Assembly (NCBI GenBank): GCA_036012755.1
Contig: DASCPX010000027.1
Location: 64,001 to 128,000, forward strand
From: Myxococcota bacterium
Lineage (GTDB): Bacteria > Myxococcota_A > UBA796 > CAJQPC01
DNA length: 64,000 nucleotides
Direction: 5' to 3'
The notes beneath the pieces are model-generated. The model was given only the letters and a program-made list of their open reading frames with translations. It did not search any database and was not told where the DNA came from. Below, one piece after another: positions 27,053 to 35,856 of this stretch (within the stretch, counting starts at the first letter, position 1; each line of letters starts with the position of its first letter). The translations under genes were made by a program, and so were the position numbers.

Positions 27053-27945
27053 CGAAGCCCCCCCAGCTCGTCGTAGCGCGACTTGACGGCCTTGAGGTCG
27101 TCGAAGGTGTAGCGCTTGTCCTGGGGCTGTCTCAGCAGGTAGGCGGGATGGAATGTCGGCATCACGGGCACGTTTCGCCAGAGGTGCCAGCTGCCTCGCA
27201 TGGTGGTGATGCCGCGGTTCGTCTTCAGGAGCGTCTTCACCGCTGGACTCCCGAGAGTCAGGATCACCTTCGGTCCGATGGCCTCGAGCTGCTTCTCGAG
27301 GAAGGGCAAGCAGGATGCTATCTCGTCGGGCTGCGGGCTCCGGTTCTTCGGCGGACGGCACTTGACGACGTTGAGGATGTAGACCTTGGCCCGTGAGAGG
27401 CCCAGCACGCGCTCGAGCATCTTGTCGAGCATCTCCCCTGCCGCTCCGACGAAGGGCAGGCCGAGGCGGTCCTCGTTGGCGCCGGGACCCTCGCCGAGCA
27501 CCACGAGGTCCGCGTTCGGATGTCCCATGCCGAAGGCCACCTTCTGTCGCTGCTCGCAGAGGCGACAGCGGGCGCACTCCCCGAGCTCCGCGCGGATGGC
27601 GACGAGTCTCTCCGCAGCCGCCCGTGCGGCCGAGCCCTCCGGGAGCGGGGGCAGGTCGTCCTGGCTGAAACCCCAAGCGCCGACAGCATGATCGAGCCCG
27701 TAGACCGGCGGTCTCTCTTCGAGCTGGTCGTCCCACGACTCCTTGGGCGGGGCCTGGCGCTCCGGCTCGGTCGCCCCGGTCGGCGGGGCCTGGCGCTCCG
27801 GCTCGGTCGCCCCGGTCGGCGGGGCCTGGCGCTTCGGCTCCTGGCTGGAGGCCGTCCGATGTGTCGCGCCCATCGCCCTGTCCGCACGGAGCCTCTCGTG
27901 AACGTCCGCCACGAGGTCCGCAAGTTCCTGGCGTGGGTCACTCAT
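27049..27945 (-). CDS. Family 4 uracil-DNA glycosylase
   Basis: C..C.LC Fe-S motif, GEGPG..ED..G.PFVG.AG, NVVKCRPP.NR.P, TFHPAYLLR. Confidence 0.95.
   Translation of the reverse strand: MSDPRQELADLVADVHERLRADRAMGATHRTASSQEPKRQAPPTGATEPERQAPPTGATEPERQAPPKESWDDQLEERPPVYGLDHAVGAWGFSQDDLPPLPEGSAARAAAERLVAIRAELGECARCRLCEQRQKVAFGMGHPNADLVVLGEGPGANEDRLGLPFVGAAGEMLDKMLERVLGLSRAKVYILNVVKCRPPKNRSPQPDEIASCLPFLEKQLEAIGPKVILTLGSPAVKTLLKTNRGITTMRGSWHLWRNVPVMPTFHPAYLLRQPQDKRYTFDDLKAVKSRYDELGGLR
27746..27840. repeat. 36-bp tandem repeat (about 2.6 copies) encoding EPERQAPPTGAT in the UDG N-terminal linker
   Basis: Units start at 27746, 27782 and 27818. Confidence 0.9.
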
Positions 27946-28513
27946 CAGGGAGTCTCCAGCCGAGCGCGCGAAGCTCGGAGATCACTCGCAGCACCGGCAG
28001 GCCGACGACGTTGAACCAGCTGCCATCGATCGACTCGCAGAGCCACGCCCCTCGTCCTTCGATCTCGTAGCCCCCCGCGCAAGCGCGTCCCTCGCCGCTG
28101 GCGACGTAGGAGGCGAGCTCCTCGTCGCTGAGATCGCCCCGAAAGCGGAGACGGGTGGTCTCGTGAAAGACACGCTCGACCCCCTCCCCCACCAGCGCCA
28201 CTCCGGTCACCAGGTCGTGGGTCCGTCCAGCGAGCTCGCCGAGCGTCGCGCGGTGCTCCGCGGCGTCCCGGGGTTTGTGGAAGATGCGTCCGTCGAGGTG
28301 GACCACGCAGTCGGCGCCGAGGACGAGGGCGCCCGGACGTTGCTCTGCCACGGAGCGAGCCTTCCAGAGGGCCAGCGTCTCCGCGAGCTCGACCGGCTCT
28401 GTGACCCCGCATGCGCGCTCGTCGACGCTAGGCGCGACGCCTTCGCTGGGCACTCCGGCGCGCTCCAACAGAGCCCGTCTCCAGGGGCTCGTGGACGCGA
28501 GGACAAGCGGCAT
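27938..28513 (-). CDS. maf: Maf family nucleoside triphosphate pyrophosphatase
   Basis: LVLASTSPWRR.LL, VDE, KA, GAD, KP, AGGY.IEG, NVVGLP. Confidence 0.93.
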   Translation of the reverse strand: MPLVLASTSPWRRALLERAGVPSEGVAPSVDERACGVTEPVELAETLALWKARSVAEQRPGALVLGADCVVHLDGRIFHKPRDAAEHRATLGELAGRTHDLVTGVALVGEGVERVFHETTRLRFRGDLSDEELASYVASGEGRACAGGYEIEGRGAWLCESIDGSWFNVVGLPVLRVISELRALGWRLPDE

Positions 28514-28630
28514 CGAGGGGCTCCGACGCGGGGCTCGCCCCGTGCATTCGGTGGGTCGATAGAGTAACCTGCGCCCGTTCTGCGAGTCCCGTGACACGGG
28601 GCGTCAACTGCGATCGTGAGGCCCTGAGGA

Positions 28631-30631
28631 ATGAGTTCAAGCCGCGCCGTCGGCATCGACCTGGGGACTACCTTTTCGGCGATCGCGCACGTGAACCGAC
28701 ACGGCGTCCCCGAGATCCTTCACAACGCCGAAGGTGATCGCATCACCCCCTCGGTCGTCCTGTTCGATGGCGACGAAGTCATTGTCGGCAACTACGCCAA
28801 ACAGAGCGCGGTCGTGTACCCGGAGCAGGTGGTCGAGTTCATCAAGCGCCACATCGGGGATGCCGACTTCTACTTCGAGTATCGCAACGAGAACTACTCG
28901 CCCGAGCGCATCTCCAGCTTCATCCTCGCGAAGCTCAAGCACGACGCAGAGCTGCGCCTCGGCCACCGCATCGACCAGGCCGTGGTCACGGTCCCGGCCT
29001 ACTTCAACGACCACCAGCGTCAGGCGACCCTGAAGGCGGGTGAGCTCGCTGGCTTGCGGGTGCTGAAGCTCATCAACGAGCCCACCGCCGCGGCCTTCGC
29101 CTACGGCCTGAACAACGCCGACAGCAACAAGCGTGTCCTGGTCTTCGACCTCGGCGGCGGTACCTTCGACGTCACGATCTGCCAGATCGACGGCCGTGAC
29201 ATCAACGTCAACGCGACCAACGGCGACCACCAGCTCGGCGGGAAGGACTGGGACGACGCGCTCATCCGCTATGCCGCGGAGTGCTTCGAGGAGAAGCACG
29301 GCATGGATCCGCTAGAGGACCTCGCCGCCTACCACGACCTCCGCCAGAAGTGCGTCTCGGCGAAGATCAGCCTCACCCGCCGCCCCAAGGTCAACCTCTT
29401 CTACGACTACAAGGGCAAGATCATGCGGCTGGAGGTCACGCGCTCGAAGTTCGAGGACCTCACCAGCGGCCTGATGCGACGGGCGGAGCTCCTGACCGAC
29501 GACGTCCTGCTCGACGCCAGCTTGGACCGAAACGCCATCGACACCGTGCTCCTCGCCGGCGGCTCGACCCGCATGCCCATGGTCCGGGCGATGTTGAAGA
29601 AGATGTTCGCCCGGGCACCGGCGACGGACATCAACCCCGATGAGTGCGTCGCCCTCGGGGCCGCGCTCACGGCAGCGCTCGAGGCGGCGAGGCTCTCTGG
29701 AGAGAAGCCCGACATCGACATCCGCACGCACGATGTCACCTCCCACAGCCTGGGCATGGTCGTCTTCCGGGAGAGCCAGCTCCACAACTCCCGCATCATC
29801 TCGAAGAACACTCGAATCCCCTGCGAGCAGACCAGGGACAACTACGTCACGACCCACGATGGGCAGACGACGATGGACCTTTGGCTGGTCCAGGGAGAGA
29901 ACGAGGATCCGCTGGAGTGCAACGTCCTCGGTCACTTCGAGTTCTACGGCATCCCACCACGCCCGGCCGGCGAGTCTCGTCTCGCGGTCACCTACCGCTA
30001 CAACGCCAACGGCATCGTGGAGGTGGAGGCGATGGACCTTCGGAGCGGACAGACCCTGGCGCACCGCCTCGCGGCTGGCCACATCACCCTCGAGGATCTG
30101 GCCCGGAACCGGATCCCGATGCAGATGGCGCTGATCATGGACTGCTCCGGCTCCATGTACGGCCAGTCGATCGACGACGCCAAGACGGCAGCCAGGTCAT
30201 TCGTGGAGCGCAGCCTCCAGCCGGGTCGTCAGCTCGCGATCGTCGCCTTCCCCGGTGGGGTGCTGGCTCCCCCCACCTCCGACATCCGTCGGCTCACGGG
30301 CGCCATCGACCAGCTCACGCCGATCGGTTCCACTCCCATGGCGGACGGGCTCCGCCACGGGCGTGACCTCCTCCGCCCACGGGCGGGCGTCCAGCGCGTG
30401 TTCGTGGTCATGACCGACGGTCACCCGGATGACCCGGACGCCGTCAGCGCCGAGATTCACCGCATTCGCAGCACGGGCGGCCGAGTGGTGGCGATCGGCG
30501 TCGGTCCCCAGGTCCGGCAGGAGTTCCTGAAGGGCCTTGCCTCCAGCCCCAACGACTACCACTTCTGCAGTGAGTCGGTTGAGCTCGAGGGGACGTTCAT
30601 CAACCTTGCGACCGAGCTCGGCGCGACCTGA
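28631..30631 (+). CDS. Hsp70 (NBD + SBD-beta) fused to a C-terminal vWA domain
   Basis: GIDLGTT, TVPAYF, INEPTAAA, FDLGGGTFD, LGGKDWD, GGSTRMP, NPDE.VALGAA; then DCSGSM, GSTPM..GL, VMTDG (MIDAS). Confidence 0.93.
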   Translation: MSSSRAVGIDLGTTFSAIAHVNRHGVPEILHNAEGDRITPSVVLFDGDEVIVGNYAKQSAVVYPEQVVEFIKRHIGDADFYFEYRNENYSPERISSFILAKLKHDAELRLGHRIDQAVVTVPAYFNDHQRQATLKAGELAGLRVLKLINEPTAAAFAYGLNNADSNKRVLVFDLGGGTFDVTICQIDGRDINVNATNGDHQLGGKDWDDALIRYAAECFEEKHGMDPLEDLAAYHDLRQKCVSAKISLTRRPKVNLFYDYKGKIMRLEVTRSKFEDLTSGLMRRAELLTDDVLLDASLDRNAIDTVLLAGGSTRMPMVRAMLKKMFARAPATDINPDECVALGAALTAALEAARLSGEKPDIDIRTHDVTSHSLGMVVFRESQLHNSRIISKNTRIPCEQTRDNYVTTHDGQTTMDLWLVQGENEDPLECNVLGHFEFYGIPPRPAGESRLAVTYRYNANGIVEVEAMDLRSGQTLAHRLAAGHITLEDLARNRIPMQMALIMDCSGSMYGQSIDDAKTAARSFVERSLQPGRQLAIVAFPGGVLAPPTSDIRRLTGAIDQLTPIGSTPMADGLRHGRDLLRPRAGVQRVFVVMTDGHPDDPDAVSAEIHRIRSTGGRVVAIGVGPQVRQEFLKGLASSPNDYHFCSESVELEGTFINLATELGAT

Positions 30632-30641
30632 AGGACTGCAC

Positions 30642-31148
30642 ATGAGTACCGAGGCCGAAGTCGAGGCCCTGCGGCAGGAAGTCCGCGAGCTCCGAGAGAT
30701 CCTGACGGCGCGGAACGAGGGCGAGATCACCCAGCAGAAGGCCTTCGACTCGCTGTACGAAGAGCTCCGGCAGTACAAGGACGACTTCATCTTCCAGGCT
30801 GAGAAGCCGCTGCTATTGGACCTGCTGCTCTTCTACGACTCCCTGAACTGGTTCCAGGAGTCCCTGGTCAAGAAGGAGATGTCGATGGACGTCATCTCCG
30901 ACAGCTTCCAGTACTTGATCGACGAGTTCCTCGAGGTCCTCTACCGGCGGGACGTGCTGCCGATGGAGAGCCAGCAGAAGTTCGATCCGAAGAGCCAGAA
31001 GGTCGTGAAGGTCGTTGCCCCCGACGAAGCTGGCAAGGACCAGATCGTCGCCCAGGTCCTCAAGCGCGGCTTCAACCGCGCGGAGCGCGTCCTGCGGTCG
31101 GAAGAGGTCGTCATCTACCGGGACACGGCAAAGACGGGCCGGGACTGA
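30642..31148 (+). CDS. grpE: GrpE-like nucleotide exchange factor
   Basis: N-terminal coiled coil, LL.DLL..YD, FDP, V..V.KRGF....RVLR...V.I. Confidence 0.82.
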   Translation: MSTEAEVEALRQEVRELREILTARNEGEITQQKAFDSLYEELRQYKDDFIFQAEKPLLLDLLLFYDSLNWFQESLVKKEMSMDVISDSFQYLIDEFLEVLYRRDVLPMESQQKFDPKSQKVVKVVAPDEAGKDQIVAQVLKRGFNRAERVLRSEEVVIYRDTAKTGRD

Positions 31149-31152
31149 CTGG

Positions 31153-32787
31153 ATGGTCGCTGAGGGTCAGATCATCCTGGGCATCGATCTTGGGACGACG
31201 TTCTCGGCGATGGCCTATGTCGATCGCTTCGGCAAGCCGAACATCATCCCCAACGGCGATGGCCACTCCACGACGGCTTCCGTCATCCACTTCTACGACC
31301 GCAACGCCTGCGTCGTCGGAGAGGAGGCGGTGAAGATGGTCGTGGTCGATCCGACCAACGTCGTGCGGTTCATCAAGCGCTCCATGGGCGACACGGACTT
31401 CGTCCTGGACTTCTTCGGCGTCAGCTACACGCCCCAGGAGCTCTCGGCGTTCATCCTCAAGAAGCTGAAGAACGACGCCGAGGAGGCACTCGGAAAGCCA
31501 GTCGATCACTGCGTGATCACGGTGCCGGCCTACTTCAACAGCTCCCAGCGTGGGGCGACCGCCGAAGCTGGGAAGATCGCCGGCTTCAACGTGCTGTCCA
31601 TCATCAACGAGCCGACCGCCGCGGCCATCGCCCTCGGCCTCGCTCACCTCGGAAAGAACCGCCGGATGCTGGTCTTCGACCTCGGCGGTGGCACCTTCGA
31701 CGTGACGGTGATGGAGATCCGAGGGACCACGCTGCGGACGCTGGCCAGCGACGGCAACGCGGAGCTTGGCGGCAAGGACTGGGACGATCGGCTGCTCAGC
31801 CACGTCGCCGAGCAGTTCCGTGACAAGTTCGGACTGGACCCGCGGGACGACCCGCTGCCCTACCAGGAGCTCTACGAGCGCTGTCTCCACGCCAAGATCT
31901 CGTTGTCGACCAAGCCACGAGCCGTGATCCCGGTGAACTTCCGCGGACACCGCATGGTCGTCCAGGTCACCCGGGCCGAGTTCGAGGAGATGTGCAGCGA
32001 CCTCTTCGAGCAGTGCATCGACACCAGCAAGATCGTCATGGACAAGTCGAAGATCACCTGGGACGCGGTGGACGAGATCGTTCTGGTCGGCGGCTCCACG
32101 CGGATGCCGATGATCCGTGACAACCTCGTCGCGCTGTCGGGAGGGAAGCCGGTCAGCAAGGGCATCAACCCGGATGAAGGCGTCGCCCTCGGTGCGGCCC
32201 TCGCGGGTGTGTTCCGCCACCAACCGAACCACACGGCGCTGAAGGCCCACCGAGCATCCATCACCCGGGCGCGTCGCGGCACCTCCAAGACGCTCCCCCC
32301 GGTCCCCAAGCGGACGGCGAGGCTGAAGCCGGTCTCGGCGCCCAAACCCGCCGGACTCCAGAAGCTGACGGTCCAGGACGCGTCCAGCCACGCCATGGGC
32401 ATCGTGGTGCTGGATGCGCGCCACAACGAGCGCGTCGTCAACCTGATCCCCGAGAGCTCCCCGCTGCCGGTGGAGAAGAGGGGCCGCTTCGCCTACGCCT
32501 ACGACAACATGACCGCCGTCCGGGTCGAGGTCACGGAGGGCACCGGCGTGGCCAGGGGCGAGGTCACCGTGATCGGCGAGGTCATCCTCGAGAAGCTGCC
32601 GCCGCGAGTGCGTGGGACGCCGATCGACGTGATCTACCGCTACACCGAGAACCAGATCCTCGAGGTCCATGTCATCGATGTGGAGACCCGCGCGCTCCGC
32701 CAGGCGCGCCTGAACCTCAAGGGGAGCCTGGACTCGCAACGCCTGGAGCAGGCCCGCGACGCCTTGTCGCAGGCCATCATCAACTGA
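31153..32787 (+). CDS. Hsp70 family protein with basic linker insertion and truncated lid
   Basis: GIDLGTT, TVPAYF, INEPTAAA, FDLGGGTFD, VGGSTRMP, NPDEGVALGAA; SBD-beta; ends about 20 aa later. Confidence 0.93.
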   Translation: MVAEGQIILGIDLGTTFSAMAYVDRFGKPNIIPNGDGHSTTASVIHFYDRNACVVGEEAVKMVVVDPTNVVRFIKRSMGDTDFVLDFFGVSYTPQELSAFILKKLKNDAEEALGKPVDHCVITVPAYFNSSQRGATAEAGKIAGFNVLSIINEPTAAAIALGLAHLGKNRRMLVFDLGGGTFDVTVMEIRGTTLRTLASDGNAELGGKDWDDRLLSHVAEQFRDKFGLDPRDDPLPYQELYERCLHAKISLSTKPRAVIPVNFRGHRMVVQVTRAEFEEMCSDLFEQCIDTSKIVMDKSKITWDAVDEIVLVGGSTRMPMIRDNLVALSGGKPVSKGINPDEGVALGAALAGVFRHQPNHTALKAHRASITRARRGTSKTLPPVPKRTARLKPVSAPKPAGLQKLTVQDASSHAMGIVVLDARHNERVVNLIPESSPLPVEKRGRFAYAYDNMTAVRVEVTEGTGVARGEVTVIGEVILEKLPPRVRGTPIDVIYRYTENQILEVHVIDVETRALRQARLNLKGSLDSQRLEQARDALSQAIIN

Positions 32788-32869
32788 TGGGGGGTGTTCG
32801 CCCTGTAGTCGCTTGATTGACCGGTTGAGGCGCTGAGGGTAGAACATTCCGGCGGAATGCCGGAGCGAA

Positions 32870-34846
32870 ATGGACCGCCGCGATCTGGAGCAGATCGACA
32901 CCTTCCTCGGTATGGTCGGAAAGGCGTCGCTGTTCGACTACTACGGACTCTCATCGACCGCCGGTAGCTCCGAGGTGGAGACGGCTATCAAGAAGCGTCG
33001 GGGATGGGCGCAGGGCCAGCAAGCCAATCCGAAGTACCGGAACGAAGCGCTCTGGCTGATCAAGAACAACTCGCTGATCCGTCGGACCATGGTCGAGGAC
33101 AAGTCCGCCTACCTGGCCGAGATCTCGGACCGGAGCCTGTCCCGGAACCTGGAGGTCCTGAGCTTGTTCATCAAGGGGACCTTGGCGGGCGGCATGCTGA
33201 CGCCCGACGCCGAGCAGGCCATTGTCAAGCAGGGCCGCACGATGGGGCTCGCGAACGAGTCGATCCAGGAGCGAATCGAGCACCTCCTCGAAAAGACCGG
33301 TGCGCGTCGGCAGCGCACCGAGGAGGTCGCTGACGCCCCGACGAACACCTCGGCGCCGTTCCGGGACTTCTACGCTCTGTTGGACATCCCACCGACCGCC
33401 ACGATCGACGAGATCGAGGCAGCGCACCGGGCCAAGTACCGATGGGCTCGGTCACTGAAGGACAAGGCGCGCGTCACGGACCTCTACGCGGATCTGGACG
33501 AGGCCTGGCGAGTGCTCAAGGACCCTCAGCGCCGGACGGAGTACGACAAGGGACACGCCGCCCACCACGCCGGCGGACCCGTGCCCCGCGCTGGCGAAGA
33601 GGCCATCGGTTGGCTCCCCTCACCCGGTACGAACCCGCCGAGCGATCGCACGCGGCCGCCAAAGCCGCCACCACCGATAAGGCCGGTTCCGCCCACATTT
33701 CCCACGCGCAAGCCACCTACACCCACGCCCCCACCGGTCCGCACGACTGATTTGAAGATCGGGGGAGGCGCCACGCAGCCGGGCCCCCAGCGGCGTGAAC
33801 CGCCGAAGCCCCCAGAGGCGGTGAAGGGGCGAACGATTGGCCTTGGCGGTGCCCGGCACAGCCGCCGCTCAGCGCCCCGGCTGGCCATCGCGAGCCCCGA
33901 GGTGGTGGCGTTGCGCGTCGGCAGCGCGTCGGTCACCCATACGATCGTCGTGAAGAACACGGGCACTGGAAAGATGCCCGGACGGATCACCTCGGACCGT
34001 GACTGGCTCGAGATCAGCCGCTCTCGCCTGGACCCCGACGCCGCCCAGCAGGAGCTCAACATCGTCGTCCACCCGCGCCAGATGCGTCGCAACCGTGGGA
34101 CGGCCCTGGTCACGGTCGTCACCGACCACGGGGAACGCCGCGCCATCACCGTCAATGTCGAGCGCCGCTCCACCCCCGCCGGGCTCATCGTCGTCGGCGC
34201 GCTGGTAGTGCTCGGAGCCATGGCGGCAGCGGCCTGGGCGCTGGGCGTCTTCGACGGCTCGGGGGACACCGGGGACGTGCCAAGTGCCAGCGCGAGCCTG
34301 GAGATCCGTGTCGACCCGACAGCGGAGAGCGTGCTCGTCAACGGCGAGGCGATGGGCTCCGGCGAACGCATCGTGCTCACCTCCGACTTCCCGGTCGGGC
34401 GCCCGTTCCGGCTGACCACGCAGCTGGACGGCTTCACCACCGACGAGCGCAGCGTCACGGTCAAGAAGGACGCGGAGGAGGTGATCATCATCCACCTCAC
34501 GCTCGAGGACAGTCTCTCGACCGCGCCCGACCCCTCGATGACCAAGGTCAAGGTCGATCTCGAGGCCTTCCGCCATCAGCTCAAGACGCGGGAGGAGAAC
34601 ATCGAGGCCTGCTTCCTCGACGGCCTGCCGCACATGGGCGGGAAGGAAGCGGAGCTCACCGCCGACCTGACGGTGAGCGGCAAGGGAAAGCTCATGCGCT
34701 TCGACAAGACCAGCGCCAACTTCGGCTCGGAGGAGGTCGAGACCTGCGTGCGCCGGCAGCTCCGGGCCACCCAGTTCCCCCTGTTGGGCGGAGACTACGG
34801 CGTCGTGGAGGACTACACCTTCCGCGTCTACATTCCAGAGGGATGA
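32870..34846 (+). CDS. Membrane-anchored J-domain-like protein (two J-like domains, Pro-rich linker, Ig/BACON-like, TM, PEGA-like, AgmX/TonB-C-like)
   Basis: DFY.LL.I...A...EI.AA.R...L.EAW.VL.DP.RR.EYD; one TM AGLIVVG...WALG; I..CF......G....L.V...G......V.TCV...L....FP. Confidence 0.78.
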   Translation: MDRRDLEQIDTFLGMVGKASLFDYYGLSSTAGSSEVETAIKKRRGWAQGQQANPKYRNEALWLIKNNSLIRRTMVEDKSAYLAEISDRSLSRNLEVLSLFIKGTLAGGMLTPDAEQAIVKQGRTMGLANESIQERIEHLLEKTGARRQRTEEVADAPTNTSAPFRDFYALLDIPPTATIDEIEAAHRAKYRWARSLKDKARVTDLYADLDEAWRVLKDPQRRTEYDKGHAAHHAGGPVPRAGEEAIGWLPSPGTNPPSDRTRPPKPPPPIRPVPPTFPTRKPPTPTPPPVRTTDLKIGGGATQPGPQRREPPKPPEAVKGRTIGLGGARHSRRSAPRLAIASPEVVALRVGSASVTHTIVVKNTGTGKMPGRITSDRDWLEISRSRLDPDAAQQELNIVVHPRQMRRNRGTALVTVVTDHGERRAITVNVERRSTPAGLIVVGALVVLGAMAAAAWALGVFDGSGDTGDVPSASASLEIRVDPTAESVLVNGEAMGSGERIVLTSDFPVGRPFRLTTQLDGFTTDERSVTVKKDAEEVIIIHLTLEDSLSTAPDPSMTKVKVDLEAFRHQLKTREENIEACFLDGLPHMGGKEAELTADLTVSGKGKLMRFDKTSANFGSEEVETCVRRQLRATQFPLLGGDYGVVEDYTFRVYIPEG

Positions 34847-35679
34847 GCGACCTCGACGCCCTCCTCGACCAGGCGGAGCTGGCGCTGGCAGAGGGAAGGT
34901 ACTCCGACGCCGAGGACGCCCTTCGGGGGGCCCTGGCAGTCGCCCCGCGCGACCTCGAGGCACACTTCCTGCTCGGCGAGACGATGCGCGACCTCGGACG
35001 CCTCGATGAGGCCGGAGGCGCCTACCGCTTCGTCGTCTTGAACACGGAGGAGGAAGCCGAGCCCCGGATCAAGGCGCTCAGCGCTGAGGCATGGGCCGCC
35101 CTCGCTGCGGTCCTGCTCGACCAGCTCCGATGGGACGAGGCCAAGAAGGCTGCGAACCGTGCCCTGAGGGAGAACCCGAACAGCGCCGAGGGCGCCTGGG
35201 TTCGTGCGGTCCTGCGAGAGCGACGGGCCGACTACTCCGGCGCGACCCGCGACTACCTCCGGGCCTGGCGCTCCGACCCCGGCGGCTTCCCCCTGCCGGT
35301 TCCGCTGGACGACGAGACCGTCGACGACATCGTGGTCGAGTGCCTCGAGCTGTTTCACCCGTCCCTGCGGGAGTTCCTCGCCAACGTAGCGATCATCCTC
35401 GAGGAAGTGCCGAGCGAGGAGCTCCTGGAGCAGTACGACCCGCCAGCTCCACCGACGCACATCCTCGGGTACTTCTCCGGGACCTCGCTCCAGGAGCGTT
35501 CGTTGGAGAACCCCTGGTCGAACCTCCCAGGCGCCATCGTGCTGTTCCGCCGGAACCTCTCTCGCTACGCCCGCGACCGCGAGGAGCTCGTAGAGGAGCT
35601 CCGCGTCACCATCTTCCACGAGGTCGGCCACTTCCTCGGGCTCGACGAGGACGACCTCGAGAAGCGGGGACTGGACTGA
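34843..35679 (+). CDS. TPR + minimal zincin metallopeptidase family protein
   Basis: TPR-like N-terminus; ILG.F.G, I.LFRRNL, T.FHEVGHFLGLDEDDL; ATGA overlap with the upstream gene. Confidence 0.88.
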   Translation: MSDLDALLDQAELALAEGRYSDAEDALRGALAVAPRDLEAHFLLGETMRDLGRLDEAGGAYRFVVLNTEEEAEPRIKALSAEAWAALAAVLLDQLRWDEAKKAANRALRENPNSAEGAWVRAVLRERRADYSGATRDYLRAWRSDPGGFPLPVPLDDETVDDIVVECLELFHPSLREFLANVAIILEEVPSEELLEQYDPPAPPTHILGYFSGTSLQERSLENPWSNLPGAIVLFRRNLSRYARDREELVEELRVTIFHEVGHFLGLDEDDLEKRGLD

Positions 35680-35721
35680 CGATTGACTCGCTCGGAGGCT
35701 GGGGTTAGCTGAGTGCCGCCC

Positions 35722-35797
35722 GGGGGAGTAGCTCAGCCGGGAGAGCACAGCGTTCGCAACGCTGGGGTCGGGGGTTCGAGTCCCCTCTCCTCCACCA
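35722..35797 (+). tRNA. tRNA-Ala(CGC)
   Basis: GGGGGAG/CTCCTCC acceptor stem; CAGCG-TTCGCAA-CGCTG anticodon arm; GGTTCGAGTCCC T-arm; encoded CCA. Confidence 0.95.
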
Positions 35798-35856
35798 TCG
35801 ACACCCCCGCCCAGTCACCTCAGCGTGGCTGGCGCGGCGGGTTCGCTCTGTGCGGG

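Noticed and set aside
27746..27840. In-gene tandem repeats (also 19319-19369) as phase-variation or mobile elements
   Set aside because: Unit lengths are multiples of 3 and encode low-complexity linkers, which fits ordinary slippage expansion.
28631..35797. Hsp70 cluster as a tRNA-integrated genomic island
   Set aside because: No integrase, no duplicated tRNA end seen, and codon usage looks host-like.
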